Origin: Thermoplasmata archaeon
GTDB lineage: Archaea > Thermoplasmatota > Thermoplasmata > Thermoplasmatales > GCA-001856825
Direction: 5' to 3'
Assembly: GCA_021816725.1 (NCBI GenBank)
Contig: JAKAXD010000001.1
Coordinates: 437,209 to 501,208 of the forward strand
DNA: 64,000 nt
The notes below the pieces were generated by a model. That model did not search any database. It saw nothing but the letters and a program-made list of their open reading frames with translations, and was not told the origin of the DNA. Positions 18,808 through 28,098 of this stretch are shown piece by piece (position 1 is the first letter of the stretch; each line of letters opens with the position of its first letter). A program made the translations under genes and the position numbers.

Positions 18808-19293
18808 CTAGATCTTATCGAGTCTCTCCACTACTGCCTTGAGCCTGCTTCTAAGTCCTGCATTCTCAGCTATCCTCTCCTTGTTATCCATTATATAGTC
18901 AGAAAGTACCTCGATGTTTCCGACCGCATCTTCAATCCCATTAAAGCCGTTTATGCCTCCCATCGTTCTCCACGGAAACCAATTGCCTTCTATTACCTCC
19001 CTTCCCTTTTCAGTCACCGTGTAGTACTTCTTTCCATCCCTGTTGTCTACGGAGAGATAGCCGTCAGACAAGAGTCTTTCAAGAAGTGGATAAATGTGCC
19101 CAGGGGATGGTCTCCAGTTCCCCATAGATACCCCTTCTATCTTGTCCATTATCATTGCCCCCGTAGAAGGCTCCTTGGAAACAATACTTAGGATCCAGTA
19201 CCTAAGACCGAATCCGCGAGAATGACCCCTATCGTGACCCATCCTTCCATACCCGCTATTTCTATAATCTCCCTGATGTTCTTCAAATCTCAT
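18808..19293 (-). CDS. PadR family transcriptional regulator
   Basis: ILSIVSKEPSTGAMIMDKI...SPGHIYPLLERLLSDGYLS winged-helix block. The ORF extends to a GTG at 19302; the ATG at 19293 is preferred. Confidence 0.8.
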   Translation of the reverse strand: MRFEEHQGDYRNSGYGRMGHDRGHSRGFGLRYWILSIVSKEPSTGAMIMDKIEGVSMGNWRPSPGHIYPLLERLLSDGYLSVDNRDGKKYYTVTEKGREVIEGNWFPWRTMGGINGFNGIEDAVGNIEVLSDYIMDNKERIAENAGLRSRLKAVVERLDKI

Positions 19294-19304
19294 TTTTATC
19301 ACCC

Positions 19305-19334
19305 ATATCTTTTTCAGATATCTAATTCAGATAT
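19305..19334. promoter_or_regulatory. candidate PadR operator: three AGATAT half-sites
   Basis: ATATCT-ttttc-AGATAT-ctaattc-AGATAT gives one inverted pair plus a direct repeat of TTCAGATAT. It lies between a TATA-like TTTATATATTA (about 19346-19356) and the PadR start. Confidence 0.3.
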
Positions 19335-19438
19335 GACAAATTACTATTTATATATTACTAATATGGTTTTAGAGTGAAACCCGAAGGGAATCTTTGTAAT
19401 TTGAGTTGCAGATTTACAAGCTAAGACTCAGGAACAGT

Positions 19439-19831
19439 TTATATGCATTCCAGTACCCTTTTGCTCAGACCTTCAATTTCATACTGTATCTGGTCGTCAT
19501 ACTTTTGCAATTGTATTGCAAGTAGGAACATCTCCTTTAATTTCTTGATCACAATCCTGTTTCCGTTTCCAAGTTCCACATCTAGCTGAGTGAAATTCTG
19601 CCCTGCCGTCGCAGCAAGTTCGTGGGCTCCTTCACAGGTGATGCTAACGAGTGGCGCCATTAGGCTTAATAGATCACCATTTTGTTCGTTGCTAGCAATT
19701 GGAACTCCCACCTTTGATGTGAGTATTGATCCTTTGACGTATGGTCTCGCAGAGAACTCCTCTAGAAGGTCTCGAATTTTCTCAGCAGACATTACTAACA
19801 TGGATTCTTTCCCAAGATATAAATTTTCCAA
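19439..19831 (-). CDS. Roadblock/LC7 (MglB-like) domain protein
   Basis: 130 aa. The pattern GSILTSKVGVPIASN...LMAPLVSIT...LDVELGNGNRIVIKKL is typical of Robl_LC7 domains. Assignment is by pattern only. Confidence 0.55.
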   Translation of the reverse strand: MENLYLGKESMLVMSAEKIRDLLEEFSARPYVKGSILTSKVGVPIASNEQNGDLLSLMAPLVSITCEGAHELAATAGQNFTQLDVELGNGNRIVIKKLKEMFLLAIQLQKYDDQIQYEIEGLSKRVLECI

Positions 19832-19859
19832 CCCTCGTCTATTCTATCAAAAATTTCCA

Positions 19860-20741
19860 TTATTCTATTTGAGTATCAAAAAGTTCTATTTCAACGCCTT
19901 TTAGCAATCCAAAATATAATGAAGACAGTTCCCCTATCAGTTCGTTCTTGACGTATCCTTCCAGGGTTGTGGAATCATATGGAAAGCCTCCTATTCTGAT
20001 CGCATCTGTCATTGCAAAATCATTTACAAATGAAATTAACTGCACCTCGCTTGATATTTTTTGGGTCTTGCTGACGTCCTCATTGCTCACCAGGTCTACT
20101 TTTGTTCCAGAATTTGAAAGGAACAAACTCTTGAACCTTCTAGCAAGTCCATATGAATGTCTATCGTATATGATTGCTATGCTCTGTTTGGAAATTGAGA
20201 GAGCTATTAGTTTTGATTCGTTGTTTTCAGAAATTTCGGACGGCAAATTCCTCTCTAAGAAAGACTCAAGGTCTGGAATGACAATGGACTTTCCCATAAG
20301 TGTTAGAAAGCAGCCGAATAGTTCTGGAAACAGGAATCTGCTGGAATATCCCTTGGGAAGCGAAATATAATCCCACCCTCTAGTTCTAGCCACGTTCTTG
20401 ATCATGCCCCCTGATGAAATGACTATTCCTTCTTTTTCGTAATATTCGACTGCCTTGATTGCTTCCTTCATCTGGCCGGAGTAGGATACAATGCATGGTA
20501 CGCATTCAGGACCACCTGATTTTGGATAAAAAGTATCTGATGTCTCTGCGCTCTCTATTCCCAGCACGTCTCTGGCCGTTTCTCCTATCTCAAATGCATT
20601 TCCAACAGCATTTACGCATAACTTACCTATCTTCCTCGCAACACTGCAGTTCATGAACCTGTTAGGTGCTTGCTTGATCCAGCTGAATGGAGGGGAATCG
20701 TCCATCTGAATTACAAATTCGTCATCCAGGATATTTTCCAC
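19860..20741 (-). CDS. bifunctional phosphoglucose/phosphomannose isomerase-like SIS-domain protein
   Basis: 293 aa. VSYSGQMKEAI parallels the SYSGNTEE block of archaeal PGI/PMI. Size and SIS-like layout fit. Adjacent to glycosyltransferases. Confidence 0.55.
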   Translation of the reverse strand: MENILDDEFVIQMDDSPPFSWIKQAPNRFMNCSVARKIGKLCVNAVGNAFEIGETARDVLGIESAETSDTFYPKSGGPECVPCIVSYSGQMKEAIKAVEYYEKEGIVISSGGMIKNVARTRGWDYISLPKGYSSRFLFPELFGCFLTLMGKSIVIPDLESFLERNLPSEISENNESKLIALSISKQSIAIIYDRHSYGLARRFKSLFLSNSGTKVDLVSNEDVSKTQKISSEVQLISFVNDFAMTDAIRIGGFPYDSTTLEGYVKNELIGELSSLYFGLLKGVEIELFDTQIE

Positions 20742-20815
20742 TCTGGGTCATTGTAAACGGGTAAATAAGCTGAACTTTAAAGCAAACTTTTATTCTTTAT
20801 CACATTTATGAATAT

Positions 20816-21565
20816 ATGGAGATATCGATCCTCACAACGGTTAAGAACGACATCAAGAACATTGGATTGTTAATCTCCTCTCTGAAGGCCCTAGATAATG
20901 AGTTTGAGATAGTTGTGGTTGACGCTTATTCAACTGATGGGACGTACGAATACCTGCAAAGCGTGAGTAGTGGAATGAATTTAGTTCTTTCAAGAAAGAA
21001 TGGTAACCGGGCCGTCGGTAGGAACGAATGCATACGGCTCTCCAGTGGCAGGAAACTGGTATTCCTGGACTCAGACTCAGAAATTTCTGACAACTGGGGG
21101 CAAGTCCTGAAATCATTTATGGATCGGAGTGTCATGGCGGGAAAGATAGTTCAAGATTCTGGTTCGACATGGTCTGACCTTGAACGTGTACCTATGTTGT
21201 TTAAAGGGAAGGACGTTACTTACCCATCAAACAATCTTGTCTATGACAGGAAGGTCATTGATGATATTGGCACGTTTGATGAACGATTCAATACCGCGGA
21301 AGACATCGACCTGAATATAAGGGCTGTAAATGGGGGTTATGAGATATTCTATAATGAGGATTTAGTAGTGCGCCACCACCCACGGCAGACCTATGCATCT
21401 CTCCTGAAACAGAGTTACAGCGATGGAATCGGTAGAAGACTGATCAAGAAGAAATATGGATTGAAAAGTTCATTCAACAGAGTAAATTTGAAGAAGCACC
21501 CTCTTATAGAATCCTCAAGACTCGCTTTTGGGATGCTGGGGTATGTTCTCGGAGGCTCAAATTGA
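20816..21565 (+). CDS. glycosyltransferase family 2
   Basis: ISILTTVKND..VVVDAYSTDGT..FLDSDS (the DxD region), typical of the GT-A fold. Confidence 0.8.
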   Translation: MEISILTTVKNDIKNIGLLISSLKALDNEFEIVVVDAYSTDGTYEYLQSVSSGMNLVLSRKNGNRAVGRNECIRLSSGRKLVFLDSDSEISDNWGQVLKSFMDRSVMAGKIVQDSGSTWSDLERVPMLFKGKDVTYPSNNLVYDRKVIDDIGTFDERFNTAEDIDLNIRAVNGGYEIFYNEDLVVRHHPRQTYASLLKQSYSDGIGRRLIKKKYGLKSSFNRVNLKKHPLIESSRLAFGMLGYVLGGSN

Positions 21566-22254
21566 TTTCATACGTGATCCCTGCTCTCAACGAGGAGAAG
21601 ACCATAGGGAATGTGATAAGGAAGATTCGAGAGATCGACAAAGATGGGGAAATCATTGTAGTAGATTCAAGCTCGAAGGACAGGACTGCTGAGATCGTTC
21701 TCTCACTTGGCGCCAAACTGGTAAATGAAGATAGGCTGGGGTACGGAAACGCATACAAGAAGGGATTCTCGATCGCAAGTGGGAATATTATTGCAACCTT
21801 GGATGCAGATGGTACATATTCTCCAGACGAGATCCCAAAAATGCTTGAACTGTTGAACAAGGGATATGATTTCATTTCGGGTGAAAGACTTTCCAAGGCA
21901 TCGAATGAGGCAATGTCACTTCAGCATCTTATAGGCAACAGGATTTTGAACCTGGTAACGAAGATACTCTTCATGGTGGATATAAAGGATAGTCAATCTG
22001 GAATGTGGCTGTTCAGGAGGGAACTGATGCAATCCATTCTACCAAGGGGGGAAGGAATGGAATTTTCAGAGGAGATCAAGATAAGAGCTGCTACTGGATA
22101 TTGCTACAAGGAAATTTCAATCAACTATGATAGGAGGATGGGAGAGAAGAAACTTAGGCCTTGGAAAGATGGAACCTCCAACCTGCTCTTCCTCCTTAAG
22201 CTGCGCCTAAAATCTGGTATAAGAACGAAAAGGTTCAGATGTTCTCGATCCTAG
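21562..22254 (+). CDS. glycosyltransferase family 2 (dolichyl-phosphate hexosyltransferase-like)
   Basis: ISYVIPALNEE, VVDSSSKDRT, GYGNAYKKGF, LDADGTY. The TTG start overlaps the upstream stop. Confidence 0.8.
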   Translation: MISYVIPALNEEKTIGNVIRKIREIDKDGEIIVVDSSSKDRTAEIVLSLGAKLVNEDRLGYGNAYKKGFSIASGNIIATLDADGTYSPDEIPKMLELLNKGYDFISGERLSKASNEAMSLQHLIGNRILNLVTKILFMVDIKDSQSGMWLFRRELMQSILPRGEGMEFSEEIKIRAATGYCYKEISINYDRRMGEKKLRPWKDGTSNLLFLLKLRLKSGIRTKRFRCSRS

Positions 22255-22975
22255 GTGCGATTAGGAAGATTACCTTACCCTTACCGTTCATGATTGGTGC
22301 TTCCATTCTCAACGGATAATCGTTTCCAATCGCTATGGATACCTCATCAGTACTTTCAAGAGACCTCAGAAACTTTGTGAGGTACTCAAGGGCAAAGGAA
22401 CTCTTTGCGTCAGAGCTGAAAATGAACTCCTTGGCAAGTCCCTTTGGTATCGTCATCTCAGTTGTTTCTGAGTCCGTCTCACCTTTCGCATACACCCTAA
22501 GCTCATCGCTCTTCACGCTGAACGTCACAACCTCAGATATTCCTTCCGCAGCCTTGATTCCCTGGGCAAGAAGGTCAAGACTTGCGACAATCTTGTCCTG
22601 GGGTTCTATCGTTGGTATCTTGGGGGTTGTCAGGGCGGAGGGGTCTATAATGGGAATTCCTGCCGAGAGATTCCCAAGTTTCATGGATATCTTCTTCCCA
22701 TCGTACTTGAAATCAATTATCTCTGTGGACGCAGTCAGCTTCAGGAAATTCCTCATCTTCTCGATGTCGAGCCCAAGACTGTCCTCCCCATTTACGTCAT
22801 ATTCCTGGAATGCCTCCCTCTTGATCTCTACTGATATCATTGCGACCCTTGCAGGGTCCATTACTTTTGCAGATATACCGTCAGGCCTAAAATCGACCCT
22901 GGCCTCTTGAACCAGAGTCAAAATGATATTGGAAAACTCCCTTATAGTCTTGGCATCGACCTTAATCTGAAGCAT
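22235..22975 (-). CDS. pcn: DNA polymerase sliding clamp (PCNA)
   Basis: 246 aa with typical archaeal PCNA length and blocks (LVQEARVDFRPDGISAKVMDPARVAMISVEI, two-domain repeat). Confidence 0.9.
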   Translation of the reverse strand: MLQIKVDAKTIREFSNIILTLVQEARVDFRPDGISAKVMDPARVAMISVEIKREAFQEYDVNGEDSLGLDIEKMRNFLKLTASTEIIDFKYDGKKISMKLGNLSAGIPIIDPSALTTPKIPTIEPQDKIVASLDLLAQGIKAAEGISEVVTFSVKSDELRVYAKGETDSETTEMTIPKGLAKEFIFSSDAKSSFALEYLTKFLRSLESTDEVSIAIGNDYPLRMEAPIMNGKGKVIFLIAPRIENI

Positions 22976-23118
22976 AATTACCGAGAGTTAAAAAATTACG
23001 TCCTTTTAAGCTTTTCCTTGAGATTCCGGCATTACAGCAAATGCAGAATCATAATGCTAACTAATCTCAATTGCAATTTATTCAAAAAATGAAAGTGTCA
23101 ATTTAATTTAAAATGTTG

Positions 23119-23274
23119 TCAATCCTTTGTGGTCTGCTCAGAATATCCGCATCTTCCGCAAGTGAGTCTGTCTTCGTGTTTCGCGAGGAAAACACCTGGT
23201 CCACACTTTGGGCAGAACTTGCCAATTCTCACCAACTTTCCATCTTCTACCTTGTACATCTCACGCTTTTGCAT
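23119..23274 (-). CDS. rps27ae: 30S ribosomal protein S27ae
   Basis: Not in the ORF track (51 aa). My translation is [51 protein letters not shown], with a C4 zinc ribbon. Overlaps the rps24e 3' end by 14 nt, the conserved archaeal arrangement. Confidence 0.9.
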   Translation of the reverse strand: MQKREMYKVEDGKLVRIGKFCPKCGPGVFLAKHEDRLTCGRCGYSEQTTKD

Positions 23275-23572
23275 TCTGATCCCCTTCCTTGGATTTCAAT
23301 CCATTCCTTATGAGAAGGAAATCGGGCTCAAGGGCCATGGCTTCCTCCTTCGTCTTGTAGATTTTTGCATAACCCTCTGTATAATTTTTTCCGAACTTAG
23401 ACTTCTGATAGTCAATTATTACAAGCTCCTTGGGAACTTGAAGATTAGCCGCTATCTGATTTCTTGCCTCTTCTCTGCTTGGTGTCTTCTCTTTTGCATG
23501 TATTGCCCTGTATCTAACCTCCATCCTGTTCAGTAGCTTGTTTTCTTCCCTGCTCTCAATTTCAATCTTCAT
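23261..23572 (-). CDS. rps24e: 30S ribosomal protein S24e
   Basis: [31 protein letters not shown] is a typical S24e N-terminus. Conserved position upstream of rps27ae. Confidence 0.9.
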   Translation of the reverse strand: MKIEIESREENKLLNRMEVRYRAIHAKEKTPSREEARNQIAANLQVPKELVIIDYQKSKFGKNYTEGYAKIYKTKEEAMALEPDFLLIRNGLKSKEGDQNAKA

Positions 23573-24088
23573 TTATTCTCCCCTTATTTTCTCCATGTCA
23601 CTTATTACCATTTGCCTGAGGTGTTCTCCCACCTCATATACGGCTATCCCCTTATCGGGAACGCCATAAATAACTATCGCACCATCAGGAGCCATCAGTA
23701 TTGCCGGTATGGAAGCTAAGTCCTCCTCCCCGTCCACCTCTATTAGTGTATTTCCCTTGGATTTGAAAGCGGTTTCTATCGAATTCCAAAGGTCAACAGA
23801 TATTGACCCTGGCTCATTTTTTACGGAGATTCGCCTGTCCCACTTATTTGGCATTGATGGCAAAATCTCGTCCCTCTTCGTCTTGAAATCCACGATGGAA
23901 AGTTTAGGGATTATCTTGTATCTTATTGCAGTCGCTGTAACTACATCCCCGACAGTTACCAGCATCTTTGATGAAAGGAACTCTATCTGTGACTCCTTTG
24001 TAATCAGAACATCAGGCGTCTGCGAGAAAATCTGCCTGAATTTCTGTGGTATCACTATATCCTTATCTAACTTTAATTGCATACTCAC
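23573..24088 (-). CDS. GTP-dependent dephospho-CoA kinase (DUF359 family)
   Basis: 171 aa. TVGDVVT and EVDGEEDLASIPAILMAPDGAIVIYGVPDKG are DUF359 hallmarks. It occupies the conserved position between spt4 and rps24e. Confidence 0.8.
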   Translation of the reverse strand: MSMQLKLDKDIVIPQKFRQIFSQTPDVLITKESQIEFLSSKMLVTVGDVVTATAIRYKIIPKLSIVDFKTKRDEILPSMPNKWDRRISVKNEPGSISVDLWNSIETAFKSKGNTLIEVDGEEDLASIPAILMAPDGAIVIYGVPDKGIAVYEVGEHLRQMVISDMEKIRGE

Positions 24089-24248
24089 CGGAAGTTGAAA
24101 TACCTGCCTTCTTCCCTATCATCGAGCGGGTTGGATCAAGGACGAATAGGTACCCCTTCCATTCTAGGACGGTATCTCCACCGCACTTCTCGCACTTCAT
24201 TTCTTCAGTAACGTTCTTGCAATTCCTGCAGCTCCTTAGTTTTATCAC
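24063..24248 (-). CDS. spt4: transcription elongation factor Spt4 (RpoE'')
   Basis: 61 aa. Zinc ribbon CRNC..CEKCG followed by W.G.L.V.DP, as in archaeal Spt4. Confidence 0.85.
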   Translation of the reverse strand: MIKLRSCRNCKNVTEEMKCEKCGGDTVLEWKGYLFVLDPTRSMIGKKAGISTSGEYAIKVR

Positions 24249-24823
24249 TTTGCCTCACCTTTGAGCCAGGAGAACTTGCCTAGAAAATTCTGCCTCATAG
24301 TCAGACCGATCTTGCTCTCTTCTAGCTTTGAATCAGAAAGAGAAAGGGCGACGATCCTCGAACGAACAAGGTCCCCTGTCTTCAGGTCCCTCTTTGTATC
24401 TTTTCCGGTCATCCTCTTGTTCTCCTCATCAACCTCAATCCTGTCATCCATAACCTGGCTTACGTGTAGAAGCCCCTCCAGGGGACCTATACTCACAAAA
24501 GCCCCAAATTTCTTAACGTCTGCAACATCTCCCTCGACTACTTCCTGCATCATCGGCTGGAAGGCTAGGATCTTCATCTTGACCTCCTGATATACTCCCC
24601 CGTCACCGTGTACAATTCTTCCTTCCCCATCAAGATCTGATTCCATAACAAGGAGATTTATGTACTTTCTATCGTTTGCGTCCCTCACAATATCGCGGTC
24701 CAGAACTCCTATCTTCCCTTCGACGTTCTTCACTGCTATGGATTTGGCTGTAGCTTCATACTCCTCCCCAAGGTGCTCAGGGGGTACTCTGACCGTCTCA
24801 TTAGTCTCAATTATGAAATACAT
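24245..24823 (-). CDS. rpoE: DNA-directed RNA polymerase subunit E' (Rpo7)
   Basis: The MYFIIETNETVRVPPEHLG N-terminus plus an S1 domain (GDVADVKKFGAFVSIGPLEGLLHVSQ). Confidence 0.9.
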   Translation of the reverse strand: MYFIIETNETVRVPPEHLGEEYEATAKSIAVKNVEGKIGVLDRDIVRDANDRKYINLLVMESDLDGEGRIVHGDGGVYQEVKMKILAFQPMMQEVVEGDVADVKKFGAFVSIGPLEGLLHVSQVMDDRIEVDEENKRMTGKDTKRDLKTGDLVRSRIVALSLSDSKLEESKIGLTMRQNFLGKFSWLKGEAK

Positions 24824-24931
24824 GTAATCCTCTTATATACCACCGGATTTATCCTGAGTATTTATTTTTTTCAAGTATTTTCCTTAATCTCAGCTCATGG
24901 AGCAAAACACACTCGTAATCGGGTAACCAGG

Positions 24932-26308
24932 TCATTTATTCAACATGTTTTCTGGGCTGAATATCTTGTTTATCTGCTCCTCTGTCAATATTTTCCTCTC
25001 CCTCAAAAGCTTGAGGAACGGGACGTTCTTCTCCTTTGCCTCCTTGACTATTTCAGCTGTTCTTTCGTAGCCTATCACTGGATTCAGTAGGAGAGCAGTT
25101 CCTGGTGAGTTAAGGAGCATCTGAAATGCATATTCTGAATTTATCTTGATCCCCTTGAGGGTTTTATCTTCAAGGATGCTAAATGTAACAGTAAGTATGT
25201 CAAATGCTTCCATAAGGGCTGTGTATATAATTGGTGTGAACACGTTTATCTCCATTTCTCCCTGGGATGATGCATCATTTACAGTCTGTGCAAGCCCCCT
25301 AGTCATCAGTGCGCTCATCGTGACGGCCTCCAGAATGCTTGGATTGACTTTCCCTGGCATGATTGATGATCCGGGTTGTACAGCTGGAAGTACTATTTCG
25401 TTGAAGCCTGCTACAGGTCCAGAGTTCATCAGCCTCAGGTCCCTGGAAATCTTTATCAACGCAGCAGAAAGGTTGCTCATCCACGATGCAAGAAGGTTGA
25501 AATCAGAAGTGAATTGCATAACCATCATCAGGTTATTCGCAGGCACGAATTCCTCCCCATAATAATCATTCAGGTTTTTGTATACCAGGTCCCTTACATC
25601 CCTAGGCAGATTTGCGCCAGTACCAACTGCCGTTCCACCAAGGTTCAGCCTCCTCAGTCTAGTGAGAATATAATCCTTCTCTTCTAGGAATGATCTCAGT
25701 TGGTCAGCATACGCCTTGAGTTCTCCACCGAACGTCACAGCAGATGCATCCTGTATGTGCGTCCTTCCAGTCTTTATTTTGTTTGCGTTCTCTTCAGCGA
25801 GCGAATCGAGTCTATCAACGGTCTTCTCAATGTATTTTGAGAGCGACTTTAGTGCAAAATAGGCCGTAATTCTAATTGCGGCAGGTATTGTGTCGTTTGT
25901 AGATTGCCCGATGTTTACCTGGTTGTGAGGACTAATGACATCGTGGCTACCCAGTGGTTTCCCCAAGATTTCCAGTGCCTTGTTAGCTATTACCTCATTT
26001 ACGTTCATGTTTGTCGATGTCCCAGCACCTGCCTGAATGTATTTCAGGGGAAAGTCCAGTTCGTTCTTGTTTTTCAGAAGTTCGTCGGCCGCTTTCGTTA
26101 TGACGTCCCCGATTTCCTTTGGTATCTTCCCCTTAGAAGTGAATGCCTTGACGTACGATCTCTTTATCACTATAAGCGTGTCTATTATTTTTCTATCCAT
26201 AAATCTGTAATATGGGAAGTTGGAGAGTGCCCTGACTGTCTCCGGACCATACAATCTCCCATCAGGAATCTCAACTTCACCCAGTGAATCCCGCTCCTTC
26301 CTGACCAT
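24932..26308 (-). CDS. fumC: class II fumarate hydratase (fumarase/aspartase superfamily)
   Basis: Signature GSSIMPGKVNP followed by EAVTM (more FumC-like than AspA-like), QSTNDT, TGRTHIQDA. 458 aa. Confidence 0.75.
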   Translation of the reverse strand: MVRKERDSLGEVEIPDGRLYGPETVRALSNFPYYRFMDRKIIDTLIVIKRSYVKAFTSKGKIPKEIGDVITKAADELLKNKNELDFPLKYIQAGAGTSTNMNVNEVIANKALEILGKPLGSHDVISPHNQVNIGQSTNDTIPAAIRITAYFALKSLSKYIEKTVDRLDSLAEENANKIKTGRTHIQDASAVTFGGELKAYADQLRSFLEEKDYILTRLRRLNLGGTAVGTGANLPRDVRDLVYKNLNDYYGEEFVPANNLMMVMQFTSDFNLLASWMSNLSAALIKISRDLRLMNSGPVAGFNEIVLPAVQPGSSIMPGKVNPSILEAVTMSALMTRGLAQTVNDASSQGEMEINVFTPIIYTALMEAFDILTVTFSILEDKTLKGIKINSEYAFQMLLNSPGTALLLNPVIGYERTAEIVKEAKEKNVPFLKLLRERKILTEEQINKIFSPENMLNK

Positions 26309-26562
26309 GCTTCCATATCAAATATGAATATTTATAAGGTACCCAGAGTATAAGTTGCCAGTTTTGCTACCAAGAGCTAGAAACTTCTGCTAGTGACTCA
26401 ATATTTTTGCAGAAGCCAGTTCTCATTTTGAACAGCCTTGAGGGCTCCGGAATGATTCTAGATGCACCCCGACAATAATGTCCTTACTCGTTTTATTCAC
26501 ACAGCTGCGTTGCATAAAGCATCTAATTTCGATGTTTTATGAAATTCCCTGGTTATAAGGGG

Positions 26563-27108
26563 TCATCTTTGCGTGAGCCTGTTCGCGACCTCTTGTAGTT
26601 CATCGCGAGATGCCTTGTGAGATCGGGAGAACCACCAACGCTCAAAGCCTGTATCATCCCCTATCCTTCTTGGAAGGACGTGGACGTGAAAATGATATAT
26701 CGTTTGACCTGCGGACCTCCCCGTAGAGTGCATGATATTTATGCCGTCTGCGCCCAGGTTATCAATCATCAATTTGCTCACAATCTGTGCAACCTTCATT
26801 ACTTCTGCCATTATCTCCGGCTTTACGTCAGAAATGTCCTTAAAATGTTCATTTGGAATAACGAGTGTATGCCCTTCGAACAAGGGATGGATATCCATAA
26901 ATGCAGAAACATTGTCATCCCTATAAATAAAGGTCCCCTCCTCCAGACCGTCAAGTATCCGGCAAAATATGCAGTCGGAGTTGTGTCTCCCCTGATTTTT
27001 CAAATAATTGATAATTTTTTTCCGTTTAAAGTCTTTTTGATTTATTTGTGACTGATCATTGGTGAGTGGAACATCAGACCAACAGTTAGCATTATTTACA
27101 GTGCACAT
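26563..27108 (-). CDS. HIT (histidine triad) family protein with N-terminal extension
   Basis: CIFCRIL.., HTLVIPNEH, and the histidine triad HFHVHVLPR. About 45 extra N-terminal residues, so the start is uncertain. Confidence 0.8.
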   Translation of the reverse strand: MCTVNNANCWSDVPLTNDQSQINQKDFKRKKIINYLKNQGRHNSDCIFCRILDGLEEGTFIYRDDNVSAFMDIHPLFEGHTLVIPNEHFKDISDVKPEIMAEVMKVAQIVSKLMIDNLGADGINIMHSTGRSAGQTIYHFHVHVLPRRIGDDTGFERWWFSRSHKASRDELQEVANRLTQR

Positions 27109-27146
27109 GACAATATGTTTTTATCTCGACTTTCGATAATTCCGCA

Positions 27147-27521
27147 ATGAAAAAGCAGGCAACATACAACGCTCTCACGAAGGTAGAGGAAAGGGTCATA
27201 TTGCTCGGTGGAACTGAATTCCCCTTTACAGGCGAGTATTATGATAATTTCAGGAAGGGAACATACGTCTGCAGGAGATGTGGAGCGGCCTTGTACCGAT
27301 CAGGTGACAAATTTGAATCAGACTGTGGCTGGCCCAGCTTTGACGACGAGATAGAAGGTGCAGTGATAAAACTACCAGATAAAGATGGAATGAGGACTGA
27401 GATAAGGTGTGCTAACTGTGACGGCCATCTTGGCCACATATTCTATGGTGAAAGATTTACTCCGAAGAATGTCAGGCACTGCGTCAACTCTATATCGATG
27501 AGATTTATTCCTGAGGAGTAA
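27147..27521 (+). CDS. msrB: peptide-methionine (R)-S-oxide reductase
   Basis: [32 protein letters not shown] (Zn site and catalytic Cys). Confidence 0.92.
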   Translation: MKKQATYNALTKVEERVILLGGTEFPFTGEYYDNFRKGTYVCRRCGAALYRSGDKFESDCGWPSFDDEIEGAVIKLPDKDGMRTEIRCANCDGHLGHIFYGERFTPKNVRHCVNSISMRFIPEE

Positions 27522-27526
27522 TTAAA

Positions 27527-28054
27527 ATGACTAAATCCATAGTATTTGGAAGCGGTTGCTTCTGGTGCAGTGAAGCCGTCTTTTCCATTGTCAAGGGTGT
27601 TAAATCTACTCAGCCTGGGTATTCTGGTGGCACCGTTAATAACCCATCTTATGAGATGGTATGTGAGGGAAATACCGGTCATGCAGAAGTGACCAAGGTC
27701 GAGTATGCACCTGAAGAGGTATCCCTAAATGAGCTCCTAGATATTTTCTTCTTCATGCACGACCCAACCTCCATAAACAAGCAAGGAGGGGACGTTGGCT
27801 ATCAGTACAGGTCAGTAATTTTCTATAGTGACGAGCAGGATGTGCCGTTGATCAGAAAGGCGATGGATGAAGCACAAAAAAATTACTCGAAGAAAATAGT
27901 TACTGCAGTAGAACCATTGAGGAATTTCTTTCCGGCTGAGGAATATCATAAGGATTATTTCGGGAAAAATCCCAATGCCGGCTATTGCAGGGCCGTGATT
28001 AGACCGAAGGTAGACAAAATTAAGCACACCTACGAACAGATCTTGGTTAGATAG
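27527..28054 (+). CDS. msrA: peptide-methionine (S)-S-oxide reductase
   Basis: GSGCFWCSEAVF active site, GHAEVTKVEY, and the YHKDYF motif. Confidence 0.92.
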   Translation: MTKSIVFGSGCFWCSEAVFSIVKGVKSTQPGYSGGTVNNPSYEMVCEGNTGHAEVTKVEYAPEEVSLNELLDIFFFMHDPTSINKQGGDVGYQYRSVIFYSDEQDVPLIRKAMDEAQKNYSKKIVTAVEPLRNFFPAEEYHKDYFGKNPNAGYCRAVIRPKVDKIKHTYEQILVR

Positions 28055-28098
28055 GGGGATTGTCCAGCGGTAGCAAAACGGCTTTACGGATCCCGTTG

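Noticed and set aside
18775-19191. A 138-aa plus-strand ORF.
   Set aside because: It lies entirely antisense to the PadR-family gene, whose winged-helix motifs are clear. No motifs occur in this frame.
22335-22910. A 191-aa plus-strand ORF.
   Set aside because: It is the antisense shadow of the PCNA gene.
23113-23536. Plus-strand ORFs of 66 and 135 aa.
   Set aside because: They are antisense to rps27ae and rps24e, which have diagnostic ribosomal-protein sequences on the minus strand.
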